A stretch of 16,755 bases of DNA from Myxococcota bacterium (GTDB lineage Bacteria > Myxococcota > JACRCW01): positions 1-16,755 of the forward strand of contig JBFMGU010000230.1 of assembly GCA_040752415.1 (NCBI GenBank). Reading direction: 5' to 3'. The notes below the pieces were generated by a model. It was given only the letters and a program-made list of their open reading frames with translations. It had not been told where the DNA came from and ran no database searches. This document shows positions 16,199 through 16,755 of this stretch, one piece after another. Numbering within the stretch: the first letter of the stretch is position 1; each line of letters starts with the position of its first letter. Both the position numbers and the translations under genes were made by a program.

Positions 16199-16552
16199 GG
16201 ATTCTCGTCATGGGAATGGACTTCGGGCCGTCCCTTGCGGTGCGTGGGAGATGGCACGATCTGGCGGCGCAACCTGGAACCCGGCGAACCCCGAAAAGCC
16301 GGTGTGTCTGTCGCCTGGGCGCGGGAATCAACGAGGCCAGCCTTCCCAGCATGCTCAGCGGAGCAATGAACGTCGTCCCAATAGCGCCGCGCCCATCCGG
16401 ATTCGCGTGAGCCCGATCCCGTCCGTCTCACGCCCACGTGATCCGCATCAGGTGACCCGTGGGTAGCAGGCAGCCGAGGCTGCACCTGAGGAATGACCGA
16501 CGTGGCCCGGGGTTGGTGGCGAGATGGCCCCCCACCCGGCCGCCTTTCCGCT

Positions 16553-16755
16553 GCACCTGTTTCTCGTCGTGGCGGCCGACCTCCCCACGGCGTGGGAGGT
16601 GTCGATGTGCCGCGCCCGGTTTCGTCATCGGGCTGAGCGCGGCACCACGCCCCAGTGAGCCCGTGCCGCTCACTGTGCGGACTGCTCAAGCGTGGCGGCA
16701 CATCGACACCTCCCACGCCGTGGGGAGGTCGGCCGCCACGACGAGAAATCGGTGC
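16553..16755. repeat. 61-bp inverted repeat (54 bp perfect) with an 81-nt structured spacer; REPIN/MITE-like
   Basis: 16553-16613 is the reverse complement of 16695-16755 with 2 mismatches; 16560-16613 vs 16695-16748 is perfect. The right arm reaches the window edge. Confidence 0.9.

Noticed and set aside
16252..16268. TGGCACGATCTGGC as a sigma54 promoter
   Set aside because: GG-to-GC spacing is 9 rather than 10, and no supported gene follows.
16195..16716. Short ORFs in the right-hand non-coding region
   Set aside because: No codon bias, motifs or convincing ribosome-binding sites, and they cross the palindrome.

Overview
GC-rich bacterial DNA; the gene content (Cys-rich and Ser/Thr-stalked lipoproteins) suggests a Myxococcota/deltaproteobacterial-type genome, which is an inference. 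Ten protein-coding genes are supported. Four are modular surface lipoproteins: an Ig-like plus receptor-L-repeat protein cut by the left edge, a 721-aa protein with three tandem ~110-120-aa repeats, a Cys-knot/Ser-Thr stalk/beta-domain protein, and a Ser-Thr stalk/IPT/NHL protein. The others are a signal-less protein with a papain/C39-like Cys-His-Asp triad, an SDR oxidoreductase, an AddA/UvrD-like helicase-nuclease with no adjacent AddB, an LLM-class flavin monooxygenase, a stand-alone BMP-family binding lipoprotein and a small secreted beta-protein behind a sigma54-type promoter. An internally deleted IS3-family scar lies at 14093-14296. The most striking unannotated signals are non-coding: (i) a mirror-image bipartite motif CGTGACGGATC-N11-GCCCAAAYGG facing both divergent lipoprotein genes, (ii) a 61-bp inverted repeat with nested hairpins at the right edge that shares its outer motif with a second intergenic hairpin 13 kb away, and (iii) a promoter with PafBC/WYL-like geometry between the addA-like gene and the SDR. 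No database searches were run; family calls rest on motif recognition.
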